A DNA stretch of 64,000 nucleotides from Selaginella moellendorffii (Eukaryota > Plantae > Lycopodiophyta): positions 808,655-872,654 of the forward strand of contig NW_003314335.1 of assembly GCF_000143415.4 (NCBI RefSeq), written 5' to 3'. Both the position numbers and the translations under genes were made by a program. How positions within the stretch are numbered: the first letter of the stretch is position 1; each line of letters begins with the position of its first letter. Of the stretch, positions 9,597 to 21,031 are shown piece after piece. The notes under the pieces were generated by a model. That model saw only the letters and a list, made by a program, of their open reading frames with translations, made no database searches and had not been told where the DNA came from.

Positions 9597-12395
9597 TCAC
9601 CAGTAGTCTCCACAAGAACAGGTTCCACTCTGGAAGCGATGGAAACGATTAGCGTCCCTCACGGTGATCACCCGACTTCTCAACTTGGATATCAACTTGA
9701 TGGCCGCGTGACAGTCCGAGCAAACTCTGAGGTTCTTCAGAACGAGCAGAGGAATGCCGCTCTTGGTGGAGATGAGTCCGAACGCAACCGCCAATTTCTC
9801 ACTGTGGAGGGCAAGGATCTCCTCCTTGTCTTCGGTTTTGAGATCGTGGACAACGCCGTCAGTGCTTGGAACGAATCCAGCTTGCTTTAGCTCGACGTTC
9901 AAGATGTCGAGTTCTCTGAGAATTTTGTCGGTCTGAGGATGGCTGGAGTCTCCCGCTACGAACTCGTGAACTCTGCCGTGGACCTCGATGACACTCCTTC
10001 CAGGTACCAGCTTCCTTAGACCTCTCTCTTTCATGCTGCTTCTCAGTTCAACTAACTCGTCCTTCTTTCCAGTTGCCGAATACAAACTCGAGAGAAGCGT
10101 GTATGGAGCAGTATTTTGAGGCTCCAGATTGAATGCCTGCTCGGCGGCAGACGCAGCATTCTCCAAACTTCCCTGGACCCGGCAGCCTCCAAGCAACGTT
10201 CTCCAAGCAATTGCATCCGGCGAAAACGGCATGCTGTTCATGAGCTCGTCTGCATCTCCAAGCCTTCCAGATCGAGCCAGCAGGTCCACCATACAGCGAT
10301 AATTCTCAGCAGCTGGAACTAAGTCGAAGTCAGACAGCATCAACTGGAAGTGATCGTAAGCTACTTCAAGCATTCCCGAGTGGCTGCAGGCGATGAGAAC
10401 GGAGATGAAGCTGGCGGAGTCGAGCTCCACTCCTTCACAAGCTGCTGCTCTCAGAAATGCCGCTGCCTCGTCTCCCTGGCCCTGGTGAGCACAGGCTGCG
10501 AGCATCGCATTCCAGGAAACGGAGTTTTTCGTCGTCATGGCTTTGAAGACGGCCTTGGCTTGCTCCAGAGTTCCACACTTACCATACATGCTCACGAGCG
10601 CGGTCTCCACGACAACGTTTGGCAGGCAACACTTTCTTCCAAGAACAGGCTCCACGACTCTCTTGTGGATTCTCTTGCCGAACTCGAGAGCACCACAGCA
10701 GGAACAGGCAGTGATAACGCTCGCAAAGGTGGTGTCGTCCTGCGGCAGTCCCTCCAGGTCCATCTCCCGGAAGACTTGGATGGAATCTTTGCCAAGTCCC
10801 TGCTGTGCGAAGGCCGCAATCATCACGTTCATCGAGACTTGGTCTCGCCTCTCCATCTTCCGGAAGATATCTCTGGCGACTTCGAGGCTCCCGCACTTGG
10901 CATACATGTTGAGCAGCGCGTTTTGGACACCGAGGTCTCTCTCGTACTCGGTGAGAGCGATGAACTTCTCGTGGATCTCCCGGCCCGCTGCCAGAGCTCC
11001 CGACGTGGAACAGGCGCTGAGAATGATCGTGAAAGTCGTCTTATCGGCATCAGAGCTCATACTCCCGAAGAACTCCATCGCCAGCTGCAACTCACCCAGC
11101 TGCGAGCAGCCACCGATCATCGCGTTCCAGGCAACGACGTCGCGGCTTTCCATGCTCTCGAACACTCTCCTCGCTTCGTCCAGCCGGCGGTACCTCGCAT
11201 ACATCTTGATAGCGGCAGTATCCACAAGGACACGCGAGCGTCGAGCATCGTTGTCGATCGAGGGAGACATGAAAGACAACGAGTCCGAGTGGATGATCCT
11301 CCCGTCCTCGAGGCTGCTGCAAGAACTTAAAGCTGCGACGAAAGTTATGTGATCGGGAAGAACACCATCGACAGCCATCAGGCGGAAGAGGTGGATCGCC
11401 TCTCGGTTTTGCTCGCGCTGGACGTAAGCCGTGATCATCGAGTTCCACGACACCAGGCTCTTGCCATCGATCCGGTCGAAGACTCTTCTCGCGGCCAGCA
11501 AAAGTCCGAGCTTGGCGTACGCGTTGAGCAGGCAAGTCGCCACCACGACATCGAACTGGAGTCCCGTCTCCACGATCCTGGCATGGATCTTCTCCAGAGC
11601 GGTGACATCGCTGCAAGCTCCGAGAACTCCAACGAAGGTCGCTCGGCAGGGACGGACGCCATGCTCCGCCATCTTTTCGAAGAGATCGAGAGCTTGGTGG
11701 TGGCTGTGCCCGCTCTGGGCATACGCGGCGATGAGAGCGTTCCAGGAGACGACGTTCTTGGCCGGGATACGATCAAAGACCGACTTTGCAGTGGAGAGAT
11801 CGCCACACTTGGCGTACATGCTGAAGATGGCGGTGTCGAGAATGACCGAGGGGCGGATCCCAGGGCTGGCTTTGATCCTGGCATGGATCTCCCGGCCTCT
11901 CTGGAGATCTCCCAGCGAAGAACAGGCCGAGAGGGCGGTTGCGAAGGTCATGGCCGTGGGAGGAACGTCCATCTTTGCGAAGAGGTGGAGAGCTATGGAG
12001 GGGTGGCCGCGGTGGGCATAGGCCGAGATGATGATGTTCCAGGAGAAGATGTTCTTGTGCTGGATGGTGTCGAAGATGGATCGAGCTTTACAAAGGCTGC
12101 CGTGCTTGGCGAGCATGAGGACGAGGAGATTGTTGAGGTAGGCACTGCTTCCCAGGCCCGCTCGAGTGATCTTTTGGTGGATGATCGAGACTGAGTTGGA
12201 GTCCTTGCAGCTGCGAATCGCGGCGGCGAAGGAGTCGGATTGGATCTCCCTCTCGAGGCTGTCGAGTGGATCGTGCTTCCGGGACGATGAAGAAGAAGAG
12301 CAGGCATTTTTCCTGGTTGTGGCGATGGTGGGCTTCTTCGTCTTCCAGATGGTATGCTTCTTGAGCATCTCCCAGCACCATTCTTTGCGATCCAA
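9597..12395 (-). CDS. PLS-class PPR protein with E/E+ and DYW deaminase domain
   Basis: Intronless 932 aa with P-L-S motifs, PG box (PGRSVIEV), HSEKLA, CSDCH and terminal CSCGDYW. Confidence 0.95.
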   Translation of the reverse strand: MDRKEWCWEMLKKHTIWKTKKPTIATTRKNACSSSSSSRKHDPLDSLEREIQSDSFAAAIRSCKDSNSVSIIHQKITRAGLGSSAYLNNLLVLMLAKHGSLCKARSIFDTIQHKNIFSWNIIISAYAHRGHPSIALHLFAKMDVPPTAMTFATALSACSSLGDLQRGREIHARIKASPGIRPSVILDTAIFSMYAKCGDLSTAKSVFDRIPAKNVVSWNALIAAYAQSGHSHHQALDLFEKMAEHGVRPCRATFVGVLGACSDVTALEKIHARIVETGLQFDVVVATCLLNAYAKLGLLLAARRVFDRIDGKSLVSWNSMITAYVQREQNREAIHLFRLMAVDGVLPDHITFVAALSSCSSLEDGRIIHSDSLSFMSPSIDNDARRSRVLVDTAAIKMYARYRRLDEARRVFESMESRDVVAWNAMIGGCSQLGELQLAMEFFGSMSSDADKTTFTIILSACSTSGALAAGREIHEKFIALTEYERDLGVQNALLNMYAKCGSLEVARDIFRKMERRDQVSMNVMIAAFAQQGLGKDSIQVFREMDLEGLPQDDTTFASVITACSCCGALEFGKRIHKRVVEPVLGRKCCLPNVVVETALVSMYGKCGTLEQAKAVFKAMTTKNSVSWNAMLAACAHQGQGDEAAAFLRAAACEGVELDSASFISVLIACSHSGMLEVAYDHFQLMLSDFDLVPAAENYRCMVDLLARSGRLGDADELMNSMPFSPDAIAWRTLLGGCRVQGSLENAASAAEQAFNLEPQNTAPYTLLSSLYSATGKKDELVELRSSMKERGLRKLVPGRSVIEVHGRVHEFVAGDSSHPQTDKILRELDILNVELKQAGFVPSTDGVVHDLKTEDKEEILALHSEKLAVAFGLISTKSGIPLLVLKNLRVCSDCHAAIKLISKLRSRVITVRDANRFHRFQSGTCSCGDYW

Positions 12396-12418
12396 ACGCT
12401 ATCTTTGATCAAGAAAGC

Positions 12419-12810
12419 AGATGCCCATTCTGTGCTTGTGCTGTGAGTCTGGATTCTTGCTTGTCAGGATCTATTCTGCGATGATCACGCGAAGAAGATC
12501 TAAAGGAAGCGATCTAGCAAGAGTCAAGGAAGAAGAAGACCAAGGAGGAGCATAGAAAGAATGGAAGAAGAGAGCTCTAGATAGAAGAAAAGATCGTAAT
12601 GAACAGATGCCCTCTCTGGGCATTTTCTGTGAGCTGTGATTTCTGCTGTCAGAATCTATTTTGCGACGATCACACGAAGGAAATCTGATGGGAACGATCA
12701 AGAGAACGCCAAAGAGGAAGAAGACCCAGAAGGATCATAGAAAGAATGGAAGAAAAGAGCTCTAGAGTAGAAGAAATATCTAAATTGCTAGATGCCCTAT
12801 CTGGGCATTT
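12419..12810. repeat. Diverged ~186-bp tandem repeat (2 copies plus start of a third) upstream of the DYW-PPR
   Basis: Units begin AGATGCCC at ~12419, ~12605 and ~12790. The first two share ...atctatt.tgcga.gatcac.cgaag... and catagaaagaatggaagaa.agagctctaga. Confidence 0.75.
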
Positions 12811-13418
12811 GGCGATCTAAACCTTCTTCCAAAATGCCCATAGAAGAATCAAACCGAGGAGTGATGACAAACGGCCACGCAGCTAAAATTTCTCCACTCT
12901 TTGCAGAGGTCAGAGCTGCCAGCCACACGAGGAAGAGAACAAAAAAATAGAACTAGATGGAAGAAGAGAGAAGAGCTCTAATAATTAGGGGTTATAGCAG
13001 TGATGGTAGATTTTGAATGGCGAAGAATGGCGCCTTCTCGCCCTCCTCCTCGCGGCCATTGATCGCAGCCTCGTCCTCTTGTGCCCGTGGCGCTCGCTTC
13101 CAACGTCTCTAAGATCGGCGCTGCCGCCGGGATCGATAGCCGCTGGAGTCGCTGCGATCCGGTAAGTTCTTCCCTTCCACGGCCGAAATTTTGGGATTCC
13201 CTGCCCGCATTGGCTTGTTCTTCCTTGATCCAATCTTCCAAGTCGGGGTTTTTGTTTTCTCGGTAGGCTTTCTTTGTCTCATTGGCTTATTCGATCATCC
13301 AAGCGAGGGTTCTAGCACACAGTTCTTTTGATGCTTGCAAAGCCGTGGCTTTTGTTTTCTTCTCTCGATCTTTGAGAGGTTTTTTATCTTTTTCTTTCTT
13401 TGCTTGCGAAGCCCAGCG

Positions 13419-14813
13419 ATGGCGTCCAAGCTTCTCACCGCATGGCGCAAGAGGAAACGCACCAAGAGCACTGATGAGTATGCATGTAAGCGTTTTTTTT
13501 TCTTTGTTCTTTCTTTTTGTTCTTCTCAATGCTTCTCGACGCAGGGCCGCCAAAGTCACTCGAGTTTTGGGAGGACGTTCCTCCTCCTCCACTGTTGAGG
13601 CCCGCGGCCATCCCTGCCGTGGTCTTCACTTTGAGAGAAATGCTCCAAGCCACGAACAACTTTAGCTACGATAACTTCATCGGCGAAGGAGGCTTTGGTC
13701 GTGTCTATCGAGGAGTTTTGAGAACTGGAAAGGTCTGTAAGTTCTTCTAGGTGTCCTTTCTCTCACTCTAGTTTTTTCTTTTCTGTGAAACAGCCCGTGG
13801 CCATCAAGCAGATGGATCCAACTTTAAGCCGAGGCACACAAGGCGAGCGAGAGTTCCGGGTGGAAGTCGACCTTCTAAGTCGGCTCAGCCACCCCAGCCT
13901 TGTGAGGCTGATCGGCTACTGTGCCGATAGAAAGCAGAGAATGCTGGTGTACGAGTTCATGACTCAAGGAAGTCTTCAAGAACACTTGCACGGTATGGTA
14001 GTACAGTTGCCAATAATTTGGTGTTTATAGAGTTTGCCTCTTTCAGGGATTGTGCGGATAAAGATGGACTGGCAAGTCCGTGTTCGTATTGCCCTTGGCT
14101 CAGCTAGAGCTCTAGAATACCTCCACGCTGGACCTGCGACTGGCAATCCCATCATCCATCGGGATTTCAAGTCGAGTAACATACTTCTTGATGAGACCTT
14201 CCAAGCGAAGGTGGGCCTGGTTTCTTCGTCACGCTCACGGCAGTCCTACTTTTCTTTGTGATTCAGGTGTCAGATTTTGGTCTTGCAAAGCTTGTTCCGC
14301 ATGGAAACAAAACGTATGTGAGCACGAGGGTACTGGGAACTTTTGGTTATTTCGATCCACACTACACGGCAGTAAGACTTGGTATTTCAAAGACACTTTC
14401 CAATCCGTGGTCTCGCAGACAGGGAGGCTTACGCTGAAGAGTGATGTCTATGCGTTTGGTGTTGTGCTGCTGGAGCTTCTTACTGGAAGGCGGCCGGTGG
14501 ATTCGGCACACAGCTTTACAAAACAGAACTTAGTTTTTCAGGTAAGTTAAACACAAGCGGCTTCATGTCAGGCTTTTTACCTGCACTGTCACAGGTGCGA
14601 GACAGTTTACGGGACAGCAGGAAGTTAAAGAAGATAATTGACCCCGAAATATCGTTGGAATCGTGCTCGTGGGAATCCATCAAGAGATTCGCGATGCTGG
14701 CCTACTGCTGCGTGCGTGACGACGATACCCGGCGTCCGACGATGGGAGAATGCGTTGCAGAGTTGGAACAGCTCTATCTTCTAATCCTGTTCTACAGGAG
14801 AGCCGCAACGTGA
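13419..14813 (+). CDS. Receptor-like cytoplasmic Ser/Thr kinase (PBL28-like), multi-exon
   Basis: Exon 1 [17 protein letters not shown], then [60 protein letters not shown]. Confidence 0.92.
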
Positions 14814-14998
14814 AACTTCTCAGTCAGGTACCTTGCCATTTTCAAATGGCTCATTCCATTTCTAAGATCTGTATACAGGGACAGGGACATAAAACAAAAC
14901 CAAAAAAGAGAAGAGAAGAACGATAGGAAGCAGCTCTGTACATTCTGCACTGACAATTTCTTCATCTTCACGTCGACACTCGCGAGCATGCGACCGGT

Positions 14999-15941
14999 TC
15001 ATGAGAGAGGTGACCGCTGCGGCTGGCCTTTCCTGCGCCGCTTGGAAGACCGTGGCGACTCGCAGTGCTTCTGCGGCGTCAGCGGCTCCACGGTGTTGTT
15101 GACATCCGCCGCCAGCGACGATATCCCAGAATGCTGCGGGCTGTGGGGGACGAGCACAGAGATCGGGGAAGGCGGAACGTCGGCAAAAGTGGCCTGCTCC
15201 TCATCGCCATCGCTCTCCACGGTGGTGCTCGACTGCTGCCGCGGGCTGTCCATCTTGCGCTTCTTGATCGGCACCTGGGCCTTCTTCCCGGCCTTGGAAA
15301 TCTTCTGCTCGTCCGTGAGACCCTCAACCGCCATGGACTTGACAAGCACAGGCTCGTCCTCGAAGCAGCAAGTCCTCGACGTCCGTGGTGCCGGAGACGA
15401 AGAAGCCGCTACTCCAGCAGGGACAGGGACAGGAGCGGGGGAAGACGAAGCGGCGGTGCCGGGTGCATGCTGCGAGAGCTCGCCGTGAGAAGGAACAGGA
15501 ACATGAAGCGGAAGAGCCAGGGAGACGGAGGGATTGATACGAGCAGCGGCCAACTTACAGCTGATGGAGCAGAAGCAAGTGGGATCCGTGAGCGTCCGGT
15601 TGCAGTTCTGGCACCAGTGCGTGGCGGCCTTGGCGATCCGGTCCTGCGGCCTGCTGAGGAGGAAGACGATCTTGGCGCTGTTGATGGTGTAAGTCTGGAT
15701 GTTGGAGATGTCGGCCAACTTTTGGATGTCGTGGACCCGGACAGCGTCCATGTGTGACGCGCGGCGGACTTGCAAGCTCCGGTGGTTTGCATGCTCGGTC
15801 TGGAGGCCAATGTGGCACATCGGCCCGTCCAGGACGCAGTCGATGCAGAAGTGATTGCGCTCGTTCTTGCTCGACGCGTGCTTGAGGCACTGCGAGAAGT
15901 AGTTCCCGGTGAGGAAATGCGGCAGCCAGCTCGGGCCTTCT

Positions 15942-15976
<35 letters not shown>

Positions 15977-16042
15977 CGGGGAAGAATGAGAAGCCGGCGG
16001 TGAGGCGGAGGAGGAGGAGGATTGCTCGAGGGCGGAAGCCAT
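14999..16042 (-). CDS. PLATZ zinc-dependent transcription factor, intronless
   Basis: C..H...NE.N.FC..C...C..H..H, QVRR, DISNIQTYTINSAKIVFL..RPQ, C..C.R.L....FCS..CK, and C-terminal KRRRKG.P.RSPL. Confidence 0.92.
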
Positions 16043-16718
16043 CGCCAGCAAGAAGAGCAATGCAGGGGTTTTGGAGATGACCCACAAGAACCCAATGCCG
16101 GCCGAGACGATCCAAGCAAGAGCGCAACCAAGAGCGCAAGAGAAAAGAAGAGTCCAAGCTCCAAAGCCCAGCGCTCTCGCTCGAAGAAGAAGAAGAAGAA
16201 GAAGACGAGGAAGAAGGAAGGAAGGAAGGAAGGAAGCGCTCTAAAGCTCAAACCTCGCGGAGTGGAATCGCGCTACTACTACTCGGCGGCGATCAATGCC
16301 TTGCGCTACAAGCCAGGAAGATCGTCATAAACGCGCGAGGCAAGGATTTCTTTTTGTGCTCTCTCCTTTCAGGAAGATCGAGGAGAAAGACATGAAAAAG
16401 AGGAAGAAAGCCTCTCTCTTTCCTTTTTTTTTTTTTCTCTTCTAAGAGGAAATTGAGAGCTCTCTCTCGAAGTTTACCTCTCTAGGCTACAATAGAAACA
16501 ACCAACATGCTTCCAGGGTGAGTGAACGTGTCCTTGGTATGGACATGTGTCTCTCGCTCCACTGGTTTCCCAACTGGGAGAGGCTCTAAGGACAGTGTCC
16601 TTAGCAAAGCCGGGCCTTGCCGCCTTGGACGCGCTGACGTGTCCGCCGCCGCGGCATGCCACGCTGGACGACCGTCCCCCGCGAGAGCTCACACTGCATT
16701 TTAGGGTTCTTGGCGCGC

Positions 16719-18089
16719 ATGGCGGTGGATCCGCCCGGGCGGCGCCGCGGCGAGGCGAATTCCTACGCCGCGATGCTGCGCAAGTGCTCCGCGCTGTCGC
16801 AGGTGAAGTGGGTGCACAGGATCGTGGCGGAGGATGGGTGGGAGGATGATACCTTCGTGGCGAATTTCCTGATCCAGATGTATGGGCGCTGCGGCGGCGC
16901 GCAGGAGGCGGCGAAGGTGTTTGAGAAGCTGCCGCGGCGAAATCAATTCTCCTGGAATATCATGCTAGCGGCATTTGCCCAGAATGGGCATTTGCAGGAG
17001 GCGCGTCAGATCTTTGATCGGTCGCCGCACAGGAATGTGGTGACTTGGAATGCGATGATGGCTGCGTATGCGATGGCTGGGCGGATCCGAGAGGCCGAGA
17101 TCGTCTTCAAGAAGATGCCCCAGCGGGATCTCATCTCGTGGAACTCGATGCTCACTGCATATGCCCAGCACGGGTATTTTGAGGAGGCTTTGCGGCTCTT
17201 TGCGGCGATGGATCTCGAGCCCGACAGCGTGACTTTCCTGTGTGTTCTTGAAGCCTGCGGCGAGATCGGTCAGGAAAGATCCCAGTGCAAGCTTCTTCAT
17301 TCGAGGGTCTCGAATTGCGGGCTGGAGATGGAGCTTAAGATCAGCACCGCGCTGATCGACATGTATGGGAAGTGCTCCAGCCCCGAGGACGCCAGGGACG
17401 TGTTCTGGAGGATCAGCGACACCGCCCAGGACCTCGCGCTCTGGAACGCGATGATCTCGGCTCACGCCAAGAACCGCCAAGTTCGCGAGGCTCTCTATCT
17501 CTTCTCGCTGCTCGATCTCCAAGGAGCGAGGCCAAACGACTCCACGCTGGTAAGCATTCTAGACTCCGCCGCTAGCTCCTCGGATCTAAACCATGCCAGG
17601 TTCGTGCAAGGCGTTGTGGAGGAGGGTGACGAGGCGCTGAGCGTGGACGTGAAGAACGCGATCATCGGCATGTACAAGCGGTGCGGCAGCATCGAGAACG
17701 CGAGGAGGGTGTTCGTCCGGATCGAGAACAAGGACACGGTGTCGTGGAACTCGATCATCGCGGCCTACGCCGACTTGGGCGATTGCAAGGAGGCGATCGA
17801 GCTGTTCGAGCTCATGAGTTTGGAGGGATTTGAGCCGAGCAGGGCGACGTATCTCAGTGTTCTTGGGGCGTGTAGCCACGCGGGGCTGGTCAAGGAAGGG
17901 GTGGAGGTGTTCGCGAGCATGGTGGAGTTTGGCGTGGTGCCGACGAGGGAGCACTTTAGCTGCATGGTGGATTTGTTTGGGAGGGGAGGATGGGTGGCGG
18001 AGGCACACGAGGTGTTTAGCAAAGGTCCCTTGAGGCCCAGCGTTACCGCTTGGAGGGCCTTGTGTGGAGCGTTTGTCCAGCAACATTAA
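16719..18089 (+). CDS. PLS-class PPR protein ending early in the E domain
   Basis: P/L/S motifs, ACSHAG, CMVDLFGRGG. Stops after AWRALCGAF, just before an assembly gap. Confidence 0.85.
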   Translation: MAVDPPGRRRGEANSYAAMLRKCSALSQVKWVHRIVAEDGWEDDTFVANFLIQMYGRCGGAQEAAKVFEKLPRRNQFSWNIMLAAFAQNGHLQEARQIFDRSPHRNVVTWNAMMAAYAMAGRIREAEIVFKKMPQRDLISWNSMLTAYAQHGYFEEALRLFAAMDLEPDSVTFLCVLEACGEIGQERSQCKLLHSRVSNCGLEMELKISTALIDMYGKCSSPEDARDVFWRISDTAQDLALWNAMISAHAKNRQVREALYLFSLLDLQGARPNDSTLVSILDSAASSSDLNHARFVQGVVEEGDEALSVDVKNAIIGMYKRCGSIENARRVFVRIENKDTVSWNSIIAAYADLGDCKEAIELFELMSLEGFEPSRATYLSVLGACSHAGLVKEGVEVFASMVEFGVVPTREHFSCMVDLFGRGGWVAEAHEVFSKGPLRPSVTAWRALCGAFVQQH

Positions 18090-18110
18090 TTTTTTGTTTT
18101 TGTTTTTTTT

Positions 18111-18210
18111 NNNNNNNNNNNNNNNNNNNNNNNNNNNNNNNNNNNNNNNNNNNNNNNNNNNNNNNNNNNNNNNNNNNNNNNNNNNNNNNNNNNNNNNNNN
18201 NNNNNNNNNN
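18111..18210. other. Assembly gap (100 N)
   Basis: Run of N. Confidence 1.
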
Positions 18211-18235
18211 ACACTGTATTCATTTCTTGTGATTC

Positions 18236-18525
18236 AATTGTAAGCTTTGATGACCACCCAGCAAAAGAAAATTGTTTTTTGTGAGACTATAAGAGAGAAA
18301 ATACTAAGTTTTTTTAACATAGCATGCTGTATTATTGATCAAAATTACGAATTAAATACTTGAAGGTATAAAGCTCAATAAATACAACATGAAATACCCA
18401 CCAGCACAATTGTAAGCTTTCATGACCACCCAGCAAAATATCTTCTTTTATAAGACTATAAGAGAGAAAATACTAATGTTTTTCAACATGGTATGCTGTA
18501 TTATTGATCCAAACTGACGAATATT
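18236..18525. repeat. AT-rich ~170-bp tandem duplication
   Basis: caattgtaagcttt.atgaccacccagcaaaa...agactataagagagaaaatactaa...atgctgtattattgatc occurs twice. Confidence 0.8.
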
Positions 18526-19899
18526 TAATATTTCACAATTAGAATTCTAGAATATACTCCAAAATATGCCTGAATATTCTCTGAGCTTACGACAAGAGAT
18601 AAAGTAGTTTTTCCTGTTCTTTTGGTTTCTACACGACTGAATTTGGGCCTCTGGGAGGACCGCGCGATGAGATGGGCTCTTTCTTCTTTTTCTTCGCCAT
18701 GAGCACACTGGTGTTAATCCCTCGCTCTTGCGAAGTAGATTCCACCTTGGAGGATCCACAAGAGAAGAGGTTTCTTACCGCCGATGCCATGAAATTCTCC
18801 TTGACCGCTTGCGAGATGCGGCCCAGCAGCGAAGGTTTCTCCTCCAAATCCTCCTCCTTCGCTGCCATTTTTATCCAATCGCAAATTTCACTCCGCTCAC
18901 ACAAAAGACTCTGCTCGCGAGTCGCGATCCCCTGACTGGCTTTTGACAGTGCTGCCTGGGTATCACGTACGAAAAAGAGAACCTTGGTACGGAAAGAAAC
19001 TCTTCCTCTTTTTCTTCTCCTTGTCTTGTGGATTTCCACCACATCCGCAAATATGACTGTCTGAACCGTCCAGACCCTCTGCAAATGAGCCTCAAGCTCC
19101 TGCAAATTTATACATGAAATGTGGAGACATGGAGGCAGTGACGAGTTGACCGGCACAAGGTATACTTTCGTACAATTCCCAACGCGTAAGTGTCCATCTG
19201 GTTGAGAGATCGGATTCATGACAATAACAAGTTTATCATGGTCTTCCATATTTGATAATCAAATAGTATACAAAATCAATACCACAATTGTTGAGAGATG
19301 GAAGCGTTTAACATTCTTGTCACTGTTTTCGTTGCATGCATGCATCCCGACGTCTCAAGTTTGTGAATCCAACTCTTAGCACAGTACAAGGCCTGTTTGT
19401 TTTTGGGACTCAGCCTTAGATGCCGGTGAGAGCTTAGTCCCTCTGCCATCGACTTCCATTCTCTCAGTTGGCTGTTCCCGGCCCTTTTTTTGCTTGCTGC
19501 TTCTTGCTTCTCCAACCCTAAGTTCTAAGCTCCAGTTAAGGGAAAAGAGAAACAAAAGTGAAAGAATCCCCAAGAGACCGCAACGCAACCTGAAAATCCA
19601 AGAGCGTCGGTGTCTCAAATTGCTATAGTACCTGGGCCTCTTCTTCCATTCGGATATTGCCGCTCAACAAAAAAAACAGGAGTTTTTTTATACCTTTATA
19701 AGATGTTGAAGCTCTAGGAAAGGCTTATTTATGGTCGTATTAAATAATTTAACGAGGAACAATAACTTCCAGTACTCGAGAAAAGAACGATATAAATAAC
19801 ACAAAGAGCGCATTCAACCTCAATACTGTAGGCATGAAGAAGATACCCTTCAAATCGCTCAGCTTCATTCCCAATTAAAAGGATTTCAGGCTTTTTTCT

Positions 19900-20430
19900 A
19901 AATGCAAAATCTATAGAATACACAAATCTATAGTAAGAGCAACTTTGACTTGAGCAAAACTAACAGCATTTGCTAGCGCCTTAAACTCTTCTAAGGTTAG
20001 CTCCTTCCCTTCAACATAAGCTAGCATGTTGCTAGCAAGTCCATGTTAAGTGCAAATCTAGAGCCAAAGCTGTGGTTGTGCCAGATGCGTACCACCACCT
20101 TTCCACTACTCGGCAGTGATCAGCAGAGTCATGCATGTTTCATCCTTCCAATCGTGCAAAATAAACTATATAAAGATCAAATATGAGTGTTTCATATCCC
20201 AAATCACAAGCTCACCTTCATAAAAATAACATCACCCGGTGGAACTTTAGCAAACATATCACTGCTCACATCTCCTGAATCCAAAATAAGTTACATAGAA
20301 GTAATGAATCAAATCAGAGCTTACCCGGGAGAGCTGGAGCTCTAGACATAACATGAGGCAAACTGAAATCAATCCCCTTGATTCCTTGGTGGCAACCGAG
20401 AATAACTCTTAAGTTTCCAATGCCTCCACT
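19900..20430 (-). pseudogene. O-methyltransferase pseudogene (3' half with both introns), paralogous to the gene at 60036-61223
   Basis: The reverse complement matches 60635-61200 (LHDWKDE.C, NHSFGSRFALNMDLL, GKE.TLEEF.ALANA), with deletions and frameshifts. Confidence 0.9.
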
Positions 20431-20842
20431 TGCAAGCAGTGGAGTTATCGTATCATGCACAGCCAGATTGGTGGGGAGGATCATAATTGTTTAGCGTTTA
20501 CATTAACTTTCATGGGTGATATGACGAGTTTTCCGATCTTTGTAACGCGAAATATCCCGGAACGCTTGACCGGCTGCTGTCGGTGGCGCGACCGGCCCAG
20601 CCGGTGGATAAGCGCTGCTACCACCGTTGATGGGGACTCTATGATTCGAATTTGGAGGGCCAGGATTAACCCTGGCGAATGCGCGAGCATTGCCACGCGC
20701 CGCTGTCACCGCCATGTAGCCCCGGCCCGATCGATCTGTTTGCGCTCGCTCAGTCAGTCATGGATCCGTGGCGTGAGTCTCAGGCTCGCGAGGTGGGTGC
20801 TGTCGAGTCCCAGCTTCTCTCGGCGGAGTCCCTCTCGGTGGT

Positions 20843-21031
20843 GCTAGATCCAAGGATCCTGACTAGGTCGCCTTTGATCCAGGGGTAGCAGCAGGATCTA
20901 GATCCAGGTCAATCACAGGATCAGGATCTAGATCCAGGTCAATGAGCAGGATCTAGATGAGGGGTAGCAGCAGGATCTAGATCCAGCAGGATCTTGCTCA
21001 GGGGTAGCAGCAGATCTAGATCCAGGTCAAT
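20843..21031. repeat. Short tandem array built on the palindrome GGATCTAGATCC
   Basis: Perfect copies at 20894-20905, 20924-20935 and 20973-20984, plus imperfect ones, mixed with aggggtagcagc and aggtcaat units. Confidence 0.8.

Noticed and set aside
18629-19618. Minus-strand ORFs of 80-206 aa
   Set aside because: No family similarity recognised and no defensible gene model.
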